64,000 nt of DNA. It comes from Antedon mediterranea. Taxonomy: Eukaryota; Animalia; Echinodermata. The stretch is taken from contig NC_092676.1 of NCBI RefSeq assembly GCF_964355755.1, positions 24,632,871 through 24,696,870 on the forward strand. Reading direction: 5' to 3'. A program made the position numbers and the translations under genes. Within the stretch, counting starts at the first letter, position 1. Each line of letters opens with the position of its first letter. Below the pieces are notes generated by a model. That model was not told where the DNA came from. It ran no database searches and worked only from the letters and a program-made list of their open reading frames with translations. Below, piece after piece: positions 63,342-64,000 of the stretch.

Positions 63342-63398
63342 ATGGCTGTCACCTCAAGAGATGCTACTTGCAACGATGCAATATTTACCTTTGAAAAG
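63342..63398 (+). CDS. Probable first coding exon (MAVTSRDATCNDAIFTFEK) of an unidentified gene continuing off the window
   Basis: Strong start context AAAATGGC, 57-nt phase-0 exon ending AAG|GTAAGA, preceded by a locally CpG-rich promoter-like stretch with a GC box (GGGCGG). Product not recognised. Confidence 0.55.
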
Positions 63399-64000
63399 GT
63401 AAGAATTAAATCACAATTTTCTGCAATGTCACATGTCTTTGTGCTTTGGGCCGTGCTTTGTAGTATAAAAATTTAGCTTGGATTTGTTTTATAATAAACT
63501 AATTAATCATGAAACGGAGGCTCTAGTTAGGCTAGGCCGGTAGGCCGTACGGTATACGGTAAAGCATGAACTATAATAATTCGCTGACCGAAAACTGTAT
63601 AAGAAGCGCCACACCTTGTTTGTGGGTGAGCCCAGTAATCGGCCTAGGCCTAGAGGCTCCTCAATCTGAATTATTCCTACTTAGCCTAGATACTAGAGAT
63701 TTACAAAGTATCGGTTCAATGCTGCATAGGCCTACCAATAAATTGTTAAATGAAATTTTAAAATGAAACAATTAATTGATACCATGCCCGATTTTATTTT
63801 TATTAATTTTAAATTATTAATTAAATTAGCTAGACTTTAGTCTGTGAGTATCATCAGTCTTACCTCAGTTGGTCATAATATTTCATATATAAAACGCTAT
63901 AACTATTAATACAAGGAAGTTAAAAAACTGATTTTCAAATAATCAAAATAACCAAAAAAAGGAAAAGTGTTGACTCAGATTTGTAAGTTTCTTTGTTAAA

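Overview
AT-rich, intron-containing animal genomic DNA, not prokaryotic. The gene content and repeat families suggest an invertebrate deuterostome such as an echinoderm (inference only). From left to right: (1) a minus-strand tandem array of four SLC22 organic-cation-transporter-like genes, three complete 10-exon copies plus one running off the left edge, with copy 3 apparently a chimera made by unequal crossover; (2) two plus-strand atypical dual-specificity phosphatases, a single-coding-exon DUSP14/18/21-like gene and a 4-exon DUSP3/VHR-like gene; (3) a minus-strand 3-exon Ly6/uPAR three-finger gene with a signal peptide and GPI-type tail; (4) a plus-strand CCDC28 orthologue with a 23-nt microexon followed by a U12 minor-spliceosome intron; (5) two tandem, intact 5-exon minus-strand genes that closely match bacterial creatinase (creatine amidinohydrolase); (6) a probable first coding exon of an unidentified gene at the right edge. 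The creatinases are the most striking item: both carry mitochondrial-presequence-like N-terminal extensions, and one paralog has a remodelled active-site loop. Intergenic and intronic DNA is dense with LINE/SINE fragments, Harbinger-, Kolobok- and hAT-type MITEs, foldback elements with tandem-repeat arms, palindromes and minisatellites. All exon boundaries were assembled by eye from splice signals and frame continuity, and homology calls rest on recalled family motifs, not database searches.
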